IMG/VR virus record: IMGVR_UViG_3300033568_000014
Location: 1-25,303 of that record
Origin: a virus
Taxonomy: Duplodnaviria; Caudoviricetes
Length of the DNA stretch: 25,303 bases
Direction: 5' to 3' (one strand)
The notes below the pieces were generated by a model that was not told the origin of the DNA, did no database searches, and saw only the letters and a program-made list of their open reading frames with translations. The position numbers and the translations under genes are program-made. Below, piece by piece: positions 15,427-24,733 of the stretch (its first letter is position 1; each line of letters opens with the position of its first letter).

Positions 15427-16848
15427 TCACGCGCTCAGGCTGGAGAAGAGGTTGATGTCGATGTAGCTCTCGAAGACGATCCGCTCCGCCGGGGGGCTGG
15501 GCAGGAAGACCAGATCGAAGGTCAGCTTGCCGGCCGCCAGCGTGGTAGGCGTGTTCTTGGAGGGGTCGTAGCTGATCTTGCCGCTGATGATGGCGCCCTG
15601 GCCCATGAGGTCCCGCAGGAAGGCGTTGCCCGTCTCCAGGATGGCGTTGATGAGCGCCTTGGTGATGGGCTGGTCCAGGAACTGTAGGGCCGCGTTCTCC
15701 ATGGAATCGTGGATCACATCGGCGGTGCGCCGGACGGCGATGAAGTTGCTGAGCTTGGTGCTCGTGGGATAAGCGCAGGACCGGTTGCCCCAGGCGCGGA
15801 CGCCCAGGCCGTAGCCGGTGGCCACGGTGCAGATGCCCTGCTCGTTCACGATGTTGGCGTCGCAGGTGGCGTCACTCAGGACGAAGCTCACGCCCAGCTC
15901 GGGGCCGAGGGTGTTGGTGATCTCGTGGTTGCTCTCGGAGTACCAGAACCCGAACTCACGATCCACCCGAGCCCGGAGGCCGGCGCGGAACTGGGAGTGC
16001 GGCTGGACGACCTCATCCGCATCCTTGAGGTAGGGCCAGCAGGCGACCATGCGCTCCGAGGCAGTCTGGAACAGGTTGCCGCTGTTGCGCGAGGTCAGGG
16101 CCGTGGCGCGGCTGGAACCGGAGGCCACATCGGAATAGGCAATGGCGCGGAGCGCATCAGCCTGGGTGATGAGCTCGGCGACCACGGAGGCCACGTTGTA
16201 GCCGGGGGCGATGAGGATCTTGGGGCGGGCGCCGAAGAGGCTGCCACCATCGGACCAGAGCTGCATGCCGGTCTTCGGGGAGGCGGTGCCCACCACATCG
16301 GCGGCATCCACGAGGGAGGGGTCGAGCCAGGTGTAGTCCACCTTGACGGACTGGCCGCTGGTGATGGCGCCGCCCACCACGCGGGTAATGACGCCCGTGA
16401 CGGCATTGACCGTGTAGTCCGTGGTGACCGTGTAGGTAGTCGAGCCTGCAGTATTCGTGACCACCACGCTCGTCACGCCCGCGTGGGCCAGCTGCAGGGT
16501 CTCCGTGGTCGTGTCGAAGGTCTTCGCCTCGTCCACCACGGCCACATCGTGGTCCGTGGCGTGAAGGACGTTCACGACATAGACGATGGCCGGGCCCTGG
16601 CCGAAGATGGCGTCCAGGGCTGCGGGGATGGTGTAGCCGTCCAGGCCCACGGTGCCGAACTGCTCGACGGCCTCGGCGGCGCTGGTGATCTGGACCAGTT
16701 CATTGGTCAGGCAGTTGGCCGGCGTGGCGCAGGTGTATTTCGACGCCGTGCCCACCAGGGCGATGATGGAGGTCGCAGCGAGTCGCACCGGCAGAGGGCC
16801 AGTGGTCTTCTCGATGGTCTCGACCCCGTGGAGAAAAGTTGCGGTCAC
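15427..16848 (-). CDS. Contractile tail sheath protein (P2 FI-like)
   Basis: FLHGVETIE, PKILIAPG, GFWYSESN, RAWGNRS, FIAVRRTAD and PPAERI motifs. Confidence 0.97.
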   Translation of the reverse strand: MTATFLHGVETIEKTTGPLPVRLAATSIIALVGTASKYTCATPANCLTNELVQITSAAEAVEQFGTVGLDGYTIPAALDAIFGQGPAIVYVVNVLHATDHDVAVVDEAKTFDTTTETLQLAHAGVTSVVVTNTAGSTTYTVTTDYTVNAVTGVITRVVGGAITSGQSVKVDYTWLDPSLVDAADVVGTASPKTGMQLWSDGGSLFGARPKILIAPGYNVASVVAELITQADALRAIAYSDVASGSSRATALTSRNSGNLFQTASERMVACWPYLKDADEVVQPHSQFRAGLRARVDREFGFWYSESNHEITNTLGPELGVSFVLSDATCDANIVNEQGICTVATGYGLGVRAWGNRSCAYPTSTKLSNFIAVRRTADVIHDSMENAALQFLDQPITKALINAILETGNAFLRDLMGQGAIISGKISYDPSKNTPTTLAAGKLTFDLVFLPSPPAERIVFESYIDINLFSSLSA

Positions 16849-17096
16849 GATTGACCTCCTTCAGGACTGGGGGTTTCAGGGGGCTCCACGGGGACGGGAG
16901 CGGGATCAGCGGCGGCCTTCTTCGCGCCGCGCTTCGGGGGTGAGGGGACCTCCACGAGACGGTTCCAGTGGAAGTGATTGACGAGCGCGGGGTCCGCAGG
17001 GTCCAACTCGAAGGTCCGGCCCTTGATCAGCAGGACTTCGCGGCCATCGGCCAATTGGGCGCCCGTGGTGGGGCCGAAATATCGGTAGGTCTTCAT
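16845..17096 (-). CDS. Small pre-sheath hypothetical protein (83 aa)
   Basis: Start reassigned to ATG 17096 (ATGA overlap): MKTYRYFGPTTGAQLADGREVLL..., with a Pro/Lys-rich tail. Confidence 0.75.
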   Translation of the reverse strand: MKTYRYFGPTTGAQLADGREVLLIKGRTFELDPADPALVNHFHWNRLVEVPSPPKRGAKKAAADPAPVPVEPPETPSPEGGQS

Positions 17097-17626
17097 GCGG
17101 GCACCGTGAAGGATTCGTCCAAGGTTTCGTTGTCCGTCTGCATCAGCACGAAATCCGCCCCGGTCTCCGTGAAGGTGTAGGGCTCTTCGTAGTAGAGGAA
17201 GCCCAGGGAGACGTAGCTGGCGGCGTAGGACTGATTGCCGAGCACCCCGTCCACCTCGTAGGCGATTTCCCGGCACCCGGCGGCCAGACCGCCCAGGGAC
17301 GCATCCGCGAAGACGCAGCGCCGGACGTACTCTTCCAGCGGCTCCACGATCTCGTCCACCGGTTCGCCGATGGCACGGATCTCAACCCGGATTTTGACCT
17401 CGTAGAGGATGAGGTTGTTCAGGCTCGACCCGGCGATATGACCGCCATCAACCGGGGCGTTGTCATACCGGTACACCACGAGGGCGGGGAGCGTCTCGCT
17501 CTCCAAGCTACGGAGGGCGTACCGGTGGATGTTTGACGCCTCAAGGCCGGTGGGCATCGTCACCCCGGAGGGGGGCGACTTCAGCACGGCGACCAGGGCG
17601 GCGGTGATGGCTTGGCGGCAGGACAT
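17093..17626 (-). CDS. Tail terminator/completion protein (lambda gpU-like)
   Basis: RQAITAALVAVL, LPALVVY and D.SLGGLA motifs; located between head closure and sheath. Confidence 0.7.
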   Translation of the reverse strand: MSCRQAITAALVAVLKSPPSGVTMPTGLEASNIHRYALRSLESETLPALVVYRYDNAPVDGGHIAGSSLNNLILYEVKIRVEIRAIGEPVDEIVEPLEEYVRRCVFADASLGGLAAGCREIAYEVDGVLGNQSYAASYVSLGFLYYEEPYTFTETGADFVLMQTDNETLDESFTVPA

Positions 17627-17946
17627 CAGACCTCCACCAGGTAGAGGCGGAGCAGCTTGCCGTCCGTCTTGATCTCACGGTCCCGGACCTTGAAGGCCTG
17701 GGCGCACCCGTCACGGGTGACCACGAGGCCCGCATCGCCGACCTTGACCGTGCTGAAATCCGCCGTCTTCACGAGGACCGACGTGATCCCCGCGAGGATG
17801 TTTGCGTGGCTCTCGTGGGACCGCCCGCCGAAGTCCTCGGCGGACAGGCCCACATCCCGCTGGCAGGGGCCAGTGGAGGCGCCAAACGTCGCCGTGCACC
17901 CGTCAAAGGCGAGCATCCGGTCGAGGGTGGCGTCGAGGGAGAGCAT
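17626..17946 (-). CDS. Head-tail joining / head-closure protein (gpFII-like)
   Basis: 106 aa beta-rich, VKVGD...FKVRD....DG.L.RLYL; synteny. Confidence 0.7.
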   Translation of the reverse strand: MLSLDATLDRMLAFDGCTATFGASTGPCQRDVGLSAEDFGGRSHESHANILAGITSVLVKTADFSTVKVGDAGLVVTRDGCAQAFKVRDREIKTDGKLLRLYLVEV

Positions 17947-18593
17947 TACTTGTTCAGTCCAAAGAGGCTCACGCCCGCGATGAACTTGGGCGTGTCGGTC
18001 CCGGCCACCGTGCTATGCGCACGGACATAGCGGCCAAGTCCGTCGCAGACCAGGGAGAGGCGCTGCACGGAGGCAGCGGCATCGGTGACGGTCTCGAAGG
18101 CCGCGCCGGTCACGTCCGTCCAGTCGCGGGCCACCATGGGCACCGTGAAGACATCCGTGTTGACGAAGGCGGTGCCCCCGGCCGTCAGCCGGAACTTGAT
18201 GTAGGCGCTGGTAAAGGTGGTGCCGACGGTGGCCGTGCCGATGGAGCCGGTCACAGAACCCGCGACGGCCGCAGTGGTGGCGTTGCTGAAGGTGACGGTG
18301 ATGTCCTCGGCGATGGTGTCCGGGCCGCCCTCGATCTGGGTGATGGTGCCGGTGCCCGTGCCGCTGTAGGTCACGGTGCCCTTGGGGCTCACGTCCGGCG
18401 CGGTCTGGATCTTCACGTCCAGCTCGGGGGTGGTGCCCGCCGTGTTGATCGCGTTGAGCACGATCATCAGGTCGCCGTCATAATCCTTGATGTCCACAGC
18501 CGGAGCCGCGCCATCATTGGAGGCGTTGACTTCGGCCAGGGTCAGGAGGTCTTCGCGGTTTGACGCCGGGGCAAAATAGGTGATGGTGGGCAT
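17946..18593 (-). CDS. Capsid decoration/cement-like protein with inserted beta domain
   Basis: Start reassigned to ATG 18593 (TGATG, GGAGG RBS); 215 aa. VDIKDY..LDVKIQ...WTDVTGAAF...RYVR jelly-roll pattern interrupted by a Thr/Gly-rich insert. Confidence 0.65.
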   Translation of the reverse strand: MPTITYFAPASNREDLLTLAEVNASNDGAAPAVDIKDYDGDLMIVLNAINTAGTTPELDVKIQTAPDVSPKGTVTYSGTGTGTITQIEGGPDTIAEDITVTFSNATTAAVAGSVTGSIGTATVGTTFTSAYIKFRLTAGGTAFVNTDVFTVPMVARDWTDVTGAAFETVTDAAASVQRLSLVCDGLGRYVRAHSTVAGTDTPKFIAGVSLFGLNK

Positions 18594-18838
18594 CAGTTCC
18601 TCCCTTTGCGCCGGCGCAGGGCCGGATCGCGGTTTTCGATGGGGACCTCGGGAGCCTCGAAGGAGACCTCGGGGGCCTCGAAGGACTCGGGAGGGGTGTT
18701 CACCACCACCACCCGCCCCTGGGCGACATAGAGGTGGGCGGTTCCGCTGTCCAGCTCTCGCACATCGCCCGGGGCGGCAAACCCGCTCTCCCCGAGGCCA
18801 GTGCCCCGGAGAAAGCGGACGGTGACAGTGGCGCTCAT
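18593..18838 (-). CDS. Small post-capsid hypothetical protein (81 aa)
   Basis: VRFLRG...PGDVREL....A...V..GR pattern; TGATG-coupled on both sides. Confidence 0.75.
   Translation of the reverse strand: MSATVTVRFLRGTGLGESGFAAPGDVRELDSGTAHLYVAQGRVVVVNTPPESFEAPEVSFEAPEVPIENRDPALRRRKGRN
18644..18685. repeat. 21-bp tandem duplication (2 copies, 20/21 identical) encoding SFEAPEV x2
   Basis: gacctcgggagcctcgaagga followed by gacctcgggggcctcgaagga. Confidence 0.9.
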
Positions 18839-20736
18839 CAGGCGAGGGTCGCGCCAGTGGCGGCGCAGAAAGCCTGCTCATGGGTGACGGCGGTGCCGAC
18901 CATGCCAAAGGAGGTCAACTCGATCATGCCCTGCTTCTTCAGGCGGAGCGGATCAATGATGATCTCCAGGCCGGGGCCGAACTGGCCGAGGATGAACTCG
19001 TCCCAGGAGCCGAAGATGATGCCGTACTCGGCACCACCCGTGGCGTCCGTGCCGGTCATGACCGAGCTGATCTGGTTTGTGGCGATGGCGCGGTAACCCG
19101 CGATGTTGCCATCGCAGTGGTTGCCGGTCCAGATGGCCTTGGCACCCGAGGCGGAGAACTCCAGGGTCTGCATGAGCTTGCCCGCCATGGCAGGGTTGGT
19201 CACGAAGCCGGTGCTGGAGAGTAGGGCGTTGTCGATGGCGGTCTCGGTCACCATGTCGATCAGTTCACCGAAAGCCACCGCGCCGCCCATAGCCTTCGTG
19301 TTGATCGAGGTCGTCTTGTAAACGCCCTTGGGCTGGCCGGACGAGCCGGTGCCGTGGAAGACGGCGCGATCCACGCCGAGCGCCCAAGCCTTGGCAAGGT
19401 CGCGGCGGATGATCTGTTCCGCGTCCCAGTCGCCGAGGATCTGCAGCTGGCGGCTGAAGGACGTGGTGGACTGGCCGGTCTTCGGGCTCAGGGTGACGGT
19501 CGTGAAGGCCGCGTCGCTCTCGCTCACGTCGCTGCCGGGGTTCTCATTGGCGATCCAGGAGAGCGCCGAGCCGGCGGTCTGCTTGGGGAAGGCCAGCGGG
19601 GAGCCGAGGCCGTTGAGGACGCGGACGCCCAGGCGGATGGCAGCGGAGGCGTTGCGGAGCAGTTCGATGAACTCCGCAGGCTTGGTGAACTTCAGCTCGG
19701 CGCCCGCCGTGCTGGTGGCGGAGTCGAGGCCGGTGCGGGTGAAGGGGACCACGATGCCGCCGTGGGTCTTGAAGTCGGCGGGGAACATCCGGAGCAGGGC
19801 CTTCGAGACTTCGCGCTCGAAGCCGTACTTGCCGGAGTCGCGGTTCTCGGTCTCTTCCAGGGCGGCGAAGACGGCGCGGGAGTAGCTGTATTCCTTGGCC
19901 TCCTTCTCCGTCAGGCCCGCCTCGGCCAGGGGGTTGTTGATGGGCTTGGGAGCCTTCTCGCGGTTGAGCTTCATGAGCTCCGCGTTGATCTCCTGGGTGG
20001 ACTTGCCGGCGGAGACGAGCCCCTGGGCTTCCTTCTCCAGGCCCAGGGTGCGGCCCAGCTCAAGCGCCTGGGAGACTTCCTGGAAGGCGCGGGTGCGCAT
20101 TTCCACGATGTTGGGGGTGGTGGGTTCGCTGGCCGCCTGAGGGGCGACCACGGTGGGGACTTCGGGCATGGATCGGCCCTCCGGGGTAGCGGCCGGTTCG
20201 GCCGGTGTGGGGTTGGGGATGGACTCGTCCGAGTCCAGGGAACGGCCGACGCCCACGGTGGGATCGGCGGGGACAGCGACGAAGGAGGCCTCCAGAGGCC
20301 GCCACTTGGTGGCACGGACCTGATCAGGGCCGTCTTTTCCGCCCTTTGTGGTCTCGTACTTCATGACCTCGTAGCCGACGGAAATCTTGGAGCGGATGCC
20401 ATCCACCACGTCCTGGAAGACCTCGGAGGCACGGGCGGAGCGGCCAAAGCGGGCGACGGCGCGAAGCACCTTGTCGGAGCCGAGGCTGACGGACTCAATC
20501 ACGCCGATCTGGTCCCGGGTGTTGTGGTCCATCAGGAGGGGCGCCCCATCCTTCATGAAGGAGAGGTCCACTTCCTTGGCGTCATGGCCCAGGGTCTCCA
20601 GGCCGAACCAACGCATGTACGGTTCCTCACTGGAGACGGCGATGTTGACCGTGCGCGTCTCTTCGTTGATCGCGGCGCGATCCAGGGTGAGGGCGCGTTC
20701 ATAACGGCCAGGGATCTGGCGGGTTTCAAGCGGCAT
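18838..20736 (-). CDS. Prohead protease (HK97/S78 type) - major capsid protein fusion
   Basis: ATG 20736 after GGAGG; 632 aa. N-terminal protease motifs (PLLMDHN, IGVI, ISVGY, EASFVAVPADPTVGVGR), a Pro-rich linker, then an HK97-fold capsid (FIELLRN, TLSPK, D.A...GTG...QPKG, FGSW). Confidence 0.93.
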   Translation of the reverse strand: MPLETRQIPGRYERALTLDRAAINEETRTVNIAVSSEEPYMRWFGLETLGHDAKEVDLSFMKDGAPLLMDHNTRDQIGVIESVSLGSDKVLRAVARFGRSARASEVFQDVVDGIRSKISVGYEVMKYETTKGGKDGPDQVRATKWRPLEASFVAVPADPTVGVGRSLDSDESIPNPTPAEPAATPEGRSMPEVPTVVAPQAASEPTTPNIVEMRTRAFQEVSQALELGRTLGLEKEAQGLVSAGKSTQEINAELMKLNREKAPKPINNPLAEAGLTEKEAKEYSYSRAVFAALEETENRDSGKYGFEREVSKALLRMFPADFKTHGGIVVPFTRTGLDSATSTAGAELKFTKPAEFIELLRNASAAIRLGVRVLNGLGSPLAFPKQTAGSALSWIANENPGSDVSESDAAFTTVTLSPKTGQSTTSFSRQLQILGDWDAEQIIRRDLAKAWALGVDRAVFHGTGSSGQPKGVYKTTSINTKAMGGAVAFGELIDMVTETAIDNALLSSTGFVTNPAMAGKLMQTLEFSASGAKAIWTGNHCDGNIAGYRAIATNQISSVMTGTDATGGAEYGIIFGSWDEFILGQFGPGLEIIIDPLRLKKQGMIELTSFGMVGTAVTHEQAFCAATGATLA

Positions 20737-22186
20737 TCGCACCTCCAGGCTTTTTCTGTTCAACGGGCGCGGGCTCCATAGCCAGATCGATCCCGAGGCG
20801 CTTGGCGATCTCCTCTTCGCGGGCCAGCTCTTCCAACGTCTCTTCGTAGTCCTGGCCCCGTTCCGCCAGCAGCCGGGTCCGCGTGGTGATCTTCATGTCC
20901 AAGGCCAGCTTCGCGGCCTCCATGTCCTTCTTCGGGTCCACCCAATCCCAGCCGCGCGGCGTCCAGGTGGCGGCGGAAAGGTCCCGAATGGTCAGGCCGG
21001 CGGGAATGGACACCTGCCCGTTCAACACGGCCCAGGGCAGCCACTCCGCATAGACCCGCTTGCAGAGCTTGGTGATGATGAGGTCTTGAATTTCCCGCCA
21101 GTGGTCCCGCTGTTCCAGCTCACCCTGGCGGATGGACGAGAAGGACACTTCCGTCAGATCACTCGCCAGGCTGGCGTAACTCACACCCAGGGCGCTGGCA
21201 ATGCCCTTCAGCATGGCCTTCGAGAACTCCGCGAAGGCGGTGTTCGGGTGGTTGACCTCCGGCGTAACGATGTCCTGGCCGGGCTCCAAGCCGAGGTAGG
21301 TCACGGGGCCGGACTGGATCTCTGCGGCCTTGGCGGACGGACCTTCCTTTGAGCAGCCATCGCCAGCGGGCCCCAACTCTTCCTTGATGAAGGCGATGCG
21401 CTCCGCCTCGTGCCGAGCGGCGGCGACCTCCGCCTCCCAGTAGGCGGACAGCATGCTCATGAGGTACATGGCCGGCGCCGCCCAGGGGACGCCCCGGGTC
21501 TGGTTCACCCGCTCGGGATCGTAGAGGTGGATGATCTCGTCTGCGGGGATGCGGAACCGCTTATTCGAGCTCTGCTGGTTCCAGCTACCTAGGCCCCGCT
21601 CCGTGGTGTCCGAGAAGTGGTAGGCGACGGGCTTGCCCCAGGCATCCATTTCCACGCCCATGACCACCGCGCCGCCGGCCTTGCCGGGCTCCGTGTTGAA
21701 GGTGTGGTCCAGGAGGTCCGCGTCGAGGAATTGCAGGGTGAAGCCGTACTCGCCAACGCCCCGGAGGATGCGGATGAAACACTCCCCATCGAGGGCGGTG
21801 GTGCGGAGCGCCTGGCGCTGCAGGGCGGCCCAGGAGTAGCGCCCGCAGACCGTGGGGTTGGCGCCCCACTCCGCCCAGGCGGCCTCCAAATCCTCATTCG
21901 TGGAATCCAGCAGGACGCCGCGCTTCTTGCGGGCCTGGGCGCACAGGGTGACGCCCTTGTCGCCGATGGTCGCGGCGCCCAGCACCCGCAGATACCGGCG
22001 CATGTAGGGAGTGTTCTTGGCGAGGTTGCGCGAGTGTGCCCGGAGAGCGGCCAAATCCTTCCGGATCTCCATGTCCGCCCGCTGCAGGCTCACGATGAAG
22101 CTCTGAGTGCGGCTCAGCTGGGCGCCCAGATACTCCCGGCGCTTGGGTGCTTTCGGAGCGAAGAGGCTGCGCAGGCGGTCAAACAC
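20726..22186 (-). CDS. Portal protein, lambda gpB family
   Basis: LRAHSRNL.KN, DGECF, GVEMD.WG.PVAYH, RVNQTRGVPW, SFSSIRQG and WVDP.KD motifs. Confidence 0.96.
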   Translation of the reverse strand: MFDRLRSLFAPKAPKRREYLGAQLSRTQSFIVSLQRADMEIRKDLAALRAHSRNLAKNTPYMRRYLRVLGAATIGDKGVTLCAQARKKRGVLLDSTNEDLEAAWAEWGANPTVCGRYSWAALQRQALRTTALDGECFIRILRGVGEYGFTLQFLDADLLDHTFNTEPGKAGGAVVMGVEMDAWGKPVAYHFSDTTERGLGSWNQQSSNKRFRIPADEIIHLYDPERVNQTRGVPWAAPAMYLMSMLSAYWEAEVAAARHEAERIAFIKEELGPAGDGCSKEGPSAKAAEIQSGPVTYLGLEPGQDIVTPEVNHPNTAFAEFSKAMLKGIASALGVSYASLASDLTEVSFSSIRQGELEQRDHWREIQDLIITKLCKRVYAEWLPWAVLNGQVSIPAGLTIRDLSAATWTPRGWDWVDPKKDMEAAKLALDMKITTRTRLLAERGQDYEETLEELAREEEIAKRLGIDLAMEPAPVEQKKPGGANAA

Positions 22187-22739
22187 CCACGAACCTCACC
22201 GGAATCGTCCGCAGGCCGCCGCCACTCTTGCCCTGCTGGCGGTCCACCATGCGCTGGTAGTAGGCCTGGATCTGCAGAAGCTCCTTCAGGGTGTGGCTCT
22301 TGACCATGCGGTAGCCCGTGGAGTCACCCACGCGGTACTCCGCCATGGGGGCCGACAGGTCGCCCGCCAGATACGCCTTGATGGCGATCAGGCACTTTTC
22401 CTCATGCGTCCGGTTGTCCAACCCGGCGGCCAGCGCCGCGCGGATCTCCAGGACGCCGCCGTCCACCGTGTGGACCTCGCCAGCCTTGCTCACCCGGGCC
22501 TGCCAGGTGTAGGCTCCGGCGGGCCAGGCTGAGGTGGTATCAGCAGGCACGTCAAACAGGAAGTCTGAACCGTCAGCCGTGGCCGCCGGCCAGGTCACCA
22601 GCGACGGCCACCCCGGCAGCATCATGGTGATGGCGGCGGTCCAGCCATCGGCGGCGGATTGGTTCGGGGAGAGCCGTAGGGCCAGGCTGTCGCCTGCCGT
22701 CAGGCGGCAGGGCATCGCGCTCAGGTATGTGTCGGCCAT
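22179..22739 (-). CDS. Head-completion adaptor (gpW-like C-terminus) with N-terminal Ig-like domain
   Basis: ATG 22739 after GGAGG; 186 aa. AGDS...GW...WPAGAYTWQARV beta domain, then L.AI.A.L.G...EY.VG...L.EL...Y (gpW-like); lies between TerL and portal. Confidence 0.75.
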   Translation of the reverse strand: MADTYLSAMPCRLTAGDSLALRLSPNQSAADGWTAAITMMLPGWPSLVTWPAATADGSDFLFDVPADTTSAWPAGAYTWQARVSKAGEVHTVDGGVLEIRAALAAGLDNRTHEEKCLIAIKAYLAGDLSAPMAEYRVGDSTGYRMVKSHTLKELLQIQAYYQRMVDRQQGKSGGGLRTIPVRFVGV

Positions 22740-22781
22740 GGCCTCCCCGTAGGGCAAGCCTCAGGTCCGCCAGATAGGGTC

Positions 22782-22804
22782 TATGGCAAACGGTGCGAAA
22801 ACGG
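22782..22804 (-). promoter_or_regulatory. Conserved intergenic motif copy 2 (putative late-promoter activator site)
   Basis: TATGGCAAACGGTGCGAAAACGG on the + strand, in the gap between the TerL stop and the head operon. Confidence 0.65.
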
Positions 22805-22807
22805 TAT

Positions 22808-24733
22808 TCAGCCGATGCCGCCTCGCCGGTTGCGGAGGAAGGCGTTGAGGTTCCTGGGCGCCTGGACGCGGGGCGCCGGGGCCTCTCGTGGACCGGCCGC
22901 CACCGGCTGGGCCAGCTCCTGGGCCAGCGCCCCAAGGTCGGCAAATCCCCGGGGGTTCAGGATCTTCTGGAGGATGAACAGGCCCGCCAGACAGCCCACC
23001 GTCATGTCCAGGGCCTCATTCCGGGATCGCGTCTTCACCCATTCCCGCTTCGTCCGGCGGGTCTTCTTGTCCACCTTCGCCACGAGCTTTTCCGCTGTCA
23101 GCTGCTCCAGGTACTCGTCCGTCACCCAATCCGGCAGATGGTGATACCCGGGGCCGGCGGCGCCGACCTTCAACCGGGCGTAGAGCAGCCGCTTCGCCGC
23201 ATGCGTGGCAATCAGGAAGAGGCGGAGGGAGTTTTTCTTGCCGACGGATTCCTTGGCGAGACCGGGGCGGTCCAGGTGCTCCACGCCCTTGGACGCATAG
23301 ACGCCCATACGCCCCCGGGGCCGGCAGTAGTCATAGATCGGATCGGCGTGGCCCACGTCCCCCGAGTCCACCAAGAAAAGGGAGAGGGGGACCACCCGGC
23401 CAAAGGTGGCATGGGTCCGCTGCTCGACCCGCCAGGCGTCCAGGTCGTCCCAGACGCCTGAGTCAGGCCGGGCCGGATCGCCCGGGAACACCTTGAAGTC
23501 CACCAGCCACGACTCCTCACCCGCGCCGAAGGCCACCAACTGGGCCTCAATACGGTCCTTCTGCACGTCCGCGAAGCCCACAAGGCAGCCGGCACCCGAG
23601 GGGACCACGCCAGCGGGAAGATCCTCCCTTCTACCCCTCAGTCCCTTCGCCTCCATCACGTCCCCGTCTTCCTCCCAGAACTCCCCGAGTCGCAGGTTGA
23701 CGAAGGCCTTCAGGGCGATGGGATCGTCCTGGGCCTTGACCCACTCCATCGCCATCGCCACCCAGGTCTCCTTACCAAGCGAGTAGAGGGCATTCAGGTA
23801 GTAGCCCCGCCGCCAGTGGTCGGGGTACTCGTGAACCCAGCGGCCGGCGTCAATTGCCGCCCACTTCCGCGCCTCCTTCCAGATGGTGCCGCAAGCCCGG
23901 CAGAGCATGCCCACGCTGCTGGGAATGACCGACCCATGATCGTCCTTGTCCCACACCAGGCGGAACGTCCCATCGGGGTCCCGGAACATCAGCGGCGACA
24001 GTTCCCCGCACTCGGGGCACGGCACATGGAACCGGCCCCGGCTGGAGTCCATGCCCCGCTCTTCTAGCTTGGAGATCCCCTTCGGCTTCGTGGGCGTCCC
24101 GCCGATCAGGGCCTTGCCGTCGGGGCTGGCGTCCAGTCGCCTTTGTGCGATCTCCAGCGGGTCGCCCTCCCCGTCCACATCCTCCGGGTAGGCGTCGGCC
24201 TCATCCTCGATCAGAAGTTCGATGGGGTCCGACCGGAGGCCCTTGCCGGAATTGGCGCCCGTGAGTTTGAGAAAGCCGCCCGGGAACTCCTTGAGTTGAA
24301 GGGTATTCCCTGCCCTTCTACTGGTGGATTTCTTAACCTTCGAGGCCAGAACCGGCGTGTCTTCAATGAACGGCGCAATGCGCTTCTTACTGTAGCCCTT
24401 CGCGTCATCCAGGCTGGGCTGGACCAGCATGATCGGCATGGGCCGGAGGTCGATGGACCACCCGATGATGTTGTTAAGCATTTCGCTCCAGCCGAGCTGC
24501 GTGCTTTTGATGCACACCACCTCCCGGACACGAGGGTCGGCGATGGCATCCTGGATCTCCCGCTGGTAGGCGTCCGTCCGCCAGGGGCCCTTGCGGGTAG
24601 ACCCCCTTTTGATGATGCGGACCCGCTCCGCCCACTGGCTCGGGGTCTCCTTCGGAGGCGGCAGCCAGAGGGCGCGGTCAGCGTCCGCCGCGTCCAGGGC
24701 GGCCACGGCGTCAAGGTGAGTCAGGAAGTCCAT
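22808..24733 (-). CDS. terL: Terminase large subunit, lambda gpA family
   Basis: SQWAE, PWRT..YQREI, deviant Walker A KSTQLGWSE, Walker B LLIEDEAD, GTPT, CPEC/CRAC zinc motifs, DVQ.DR and RNEALD. Start reassigned to ATG 24733, overlapping the TerS end. Confidence 0.97.
   Translation of the reverse strand: MDFLTHLDAVAALDAADADRALWLPPPKETPSQWAERVRIIKRGSTRKGPWRTDAYQREIQDAIADPRVREVVCIKSTQLGWSEMLNNIIGWSIDLRPMPIMLVQPSLDDAKGYSKKRIAPFIEDTPVLASKVKKSTSRRAGNTLQLKEFPGGFLKLTGANSGKGLRSDPIELLIEDEADAYPEDVDGEGDPLEIAQRRLDASPDGKALIGGTPTKPKGISKLEERGMDSSRGRFHVPCPECGELSPLMFRDPDGTFRLVWDKDDHGSVIPSSVGMLCRACGTIWKEARKWAAIDAGRWVHEYPDHWRRGYYLNALYSLGKETWVAMAMEWVKAQDDPIALKAFVNLRLGEFWEEDGDVMEAKGLRGRREDLPAGVVPSGAGCLVGFADVQKDRIEAQLVAFGAGEESWLVDFKVFPGDPARPDSGVWDDLDAWRVEQRTHATFGRVVPLSLFLVDSGDVGHADPIYDYCRPRGRMGVYASKGVEHLDRPGLAKESVGKKNSLRLFLIATHAAKRLLYARLKVGAAGPGYHHLPDWVTDEYLEQLTAEKLVAKVDKKTRRTKREWVKTRSRNEALDMTVGCLAGLFILQKILNPRGFADLGALAQELAQPVAAGPREAPAPRVQAPRNLNAFLRNRRGGIG

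Noticed and set aside
6044-16848. Tailocin, eCIS or T6SS interpretation of the contractile tail genes
   Set aside because: Intact terminase, portal and capsid genes are contiguous with the tail genes.
10382-20781. Long plus-strand ORFs (e.g. 10382-11848, 13100-14287, 15709-16854, 19354-20781)
   Set aside because: Antisense shadows of well-supported minus-strand genes, expected in high-GC DNA; no recognisable motifs.
9924-22804. The two 23-bp copies as att sites, invertible-segment ends or CRISPR repeats
   Set aside because: Same orientation, imperfect, only two copies, flanking essential virion genes, and no recombinase or cas gene is present.
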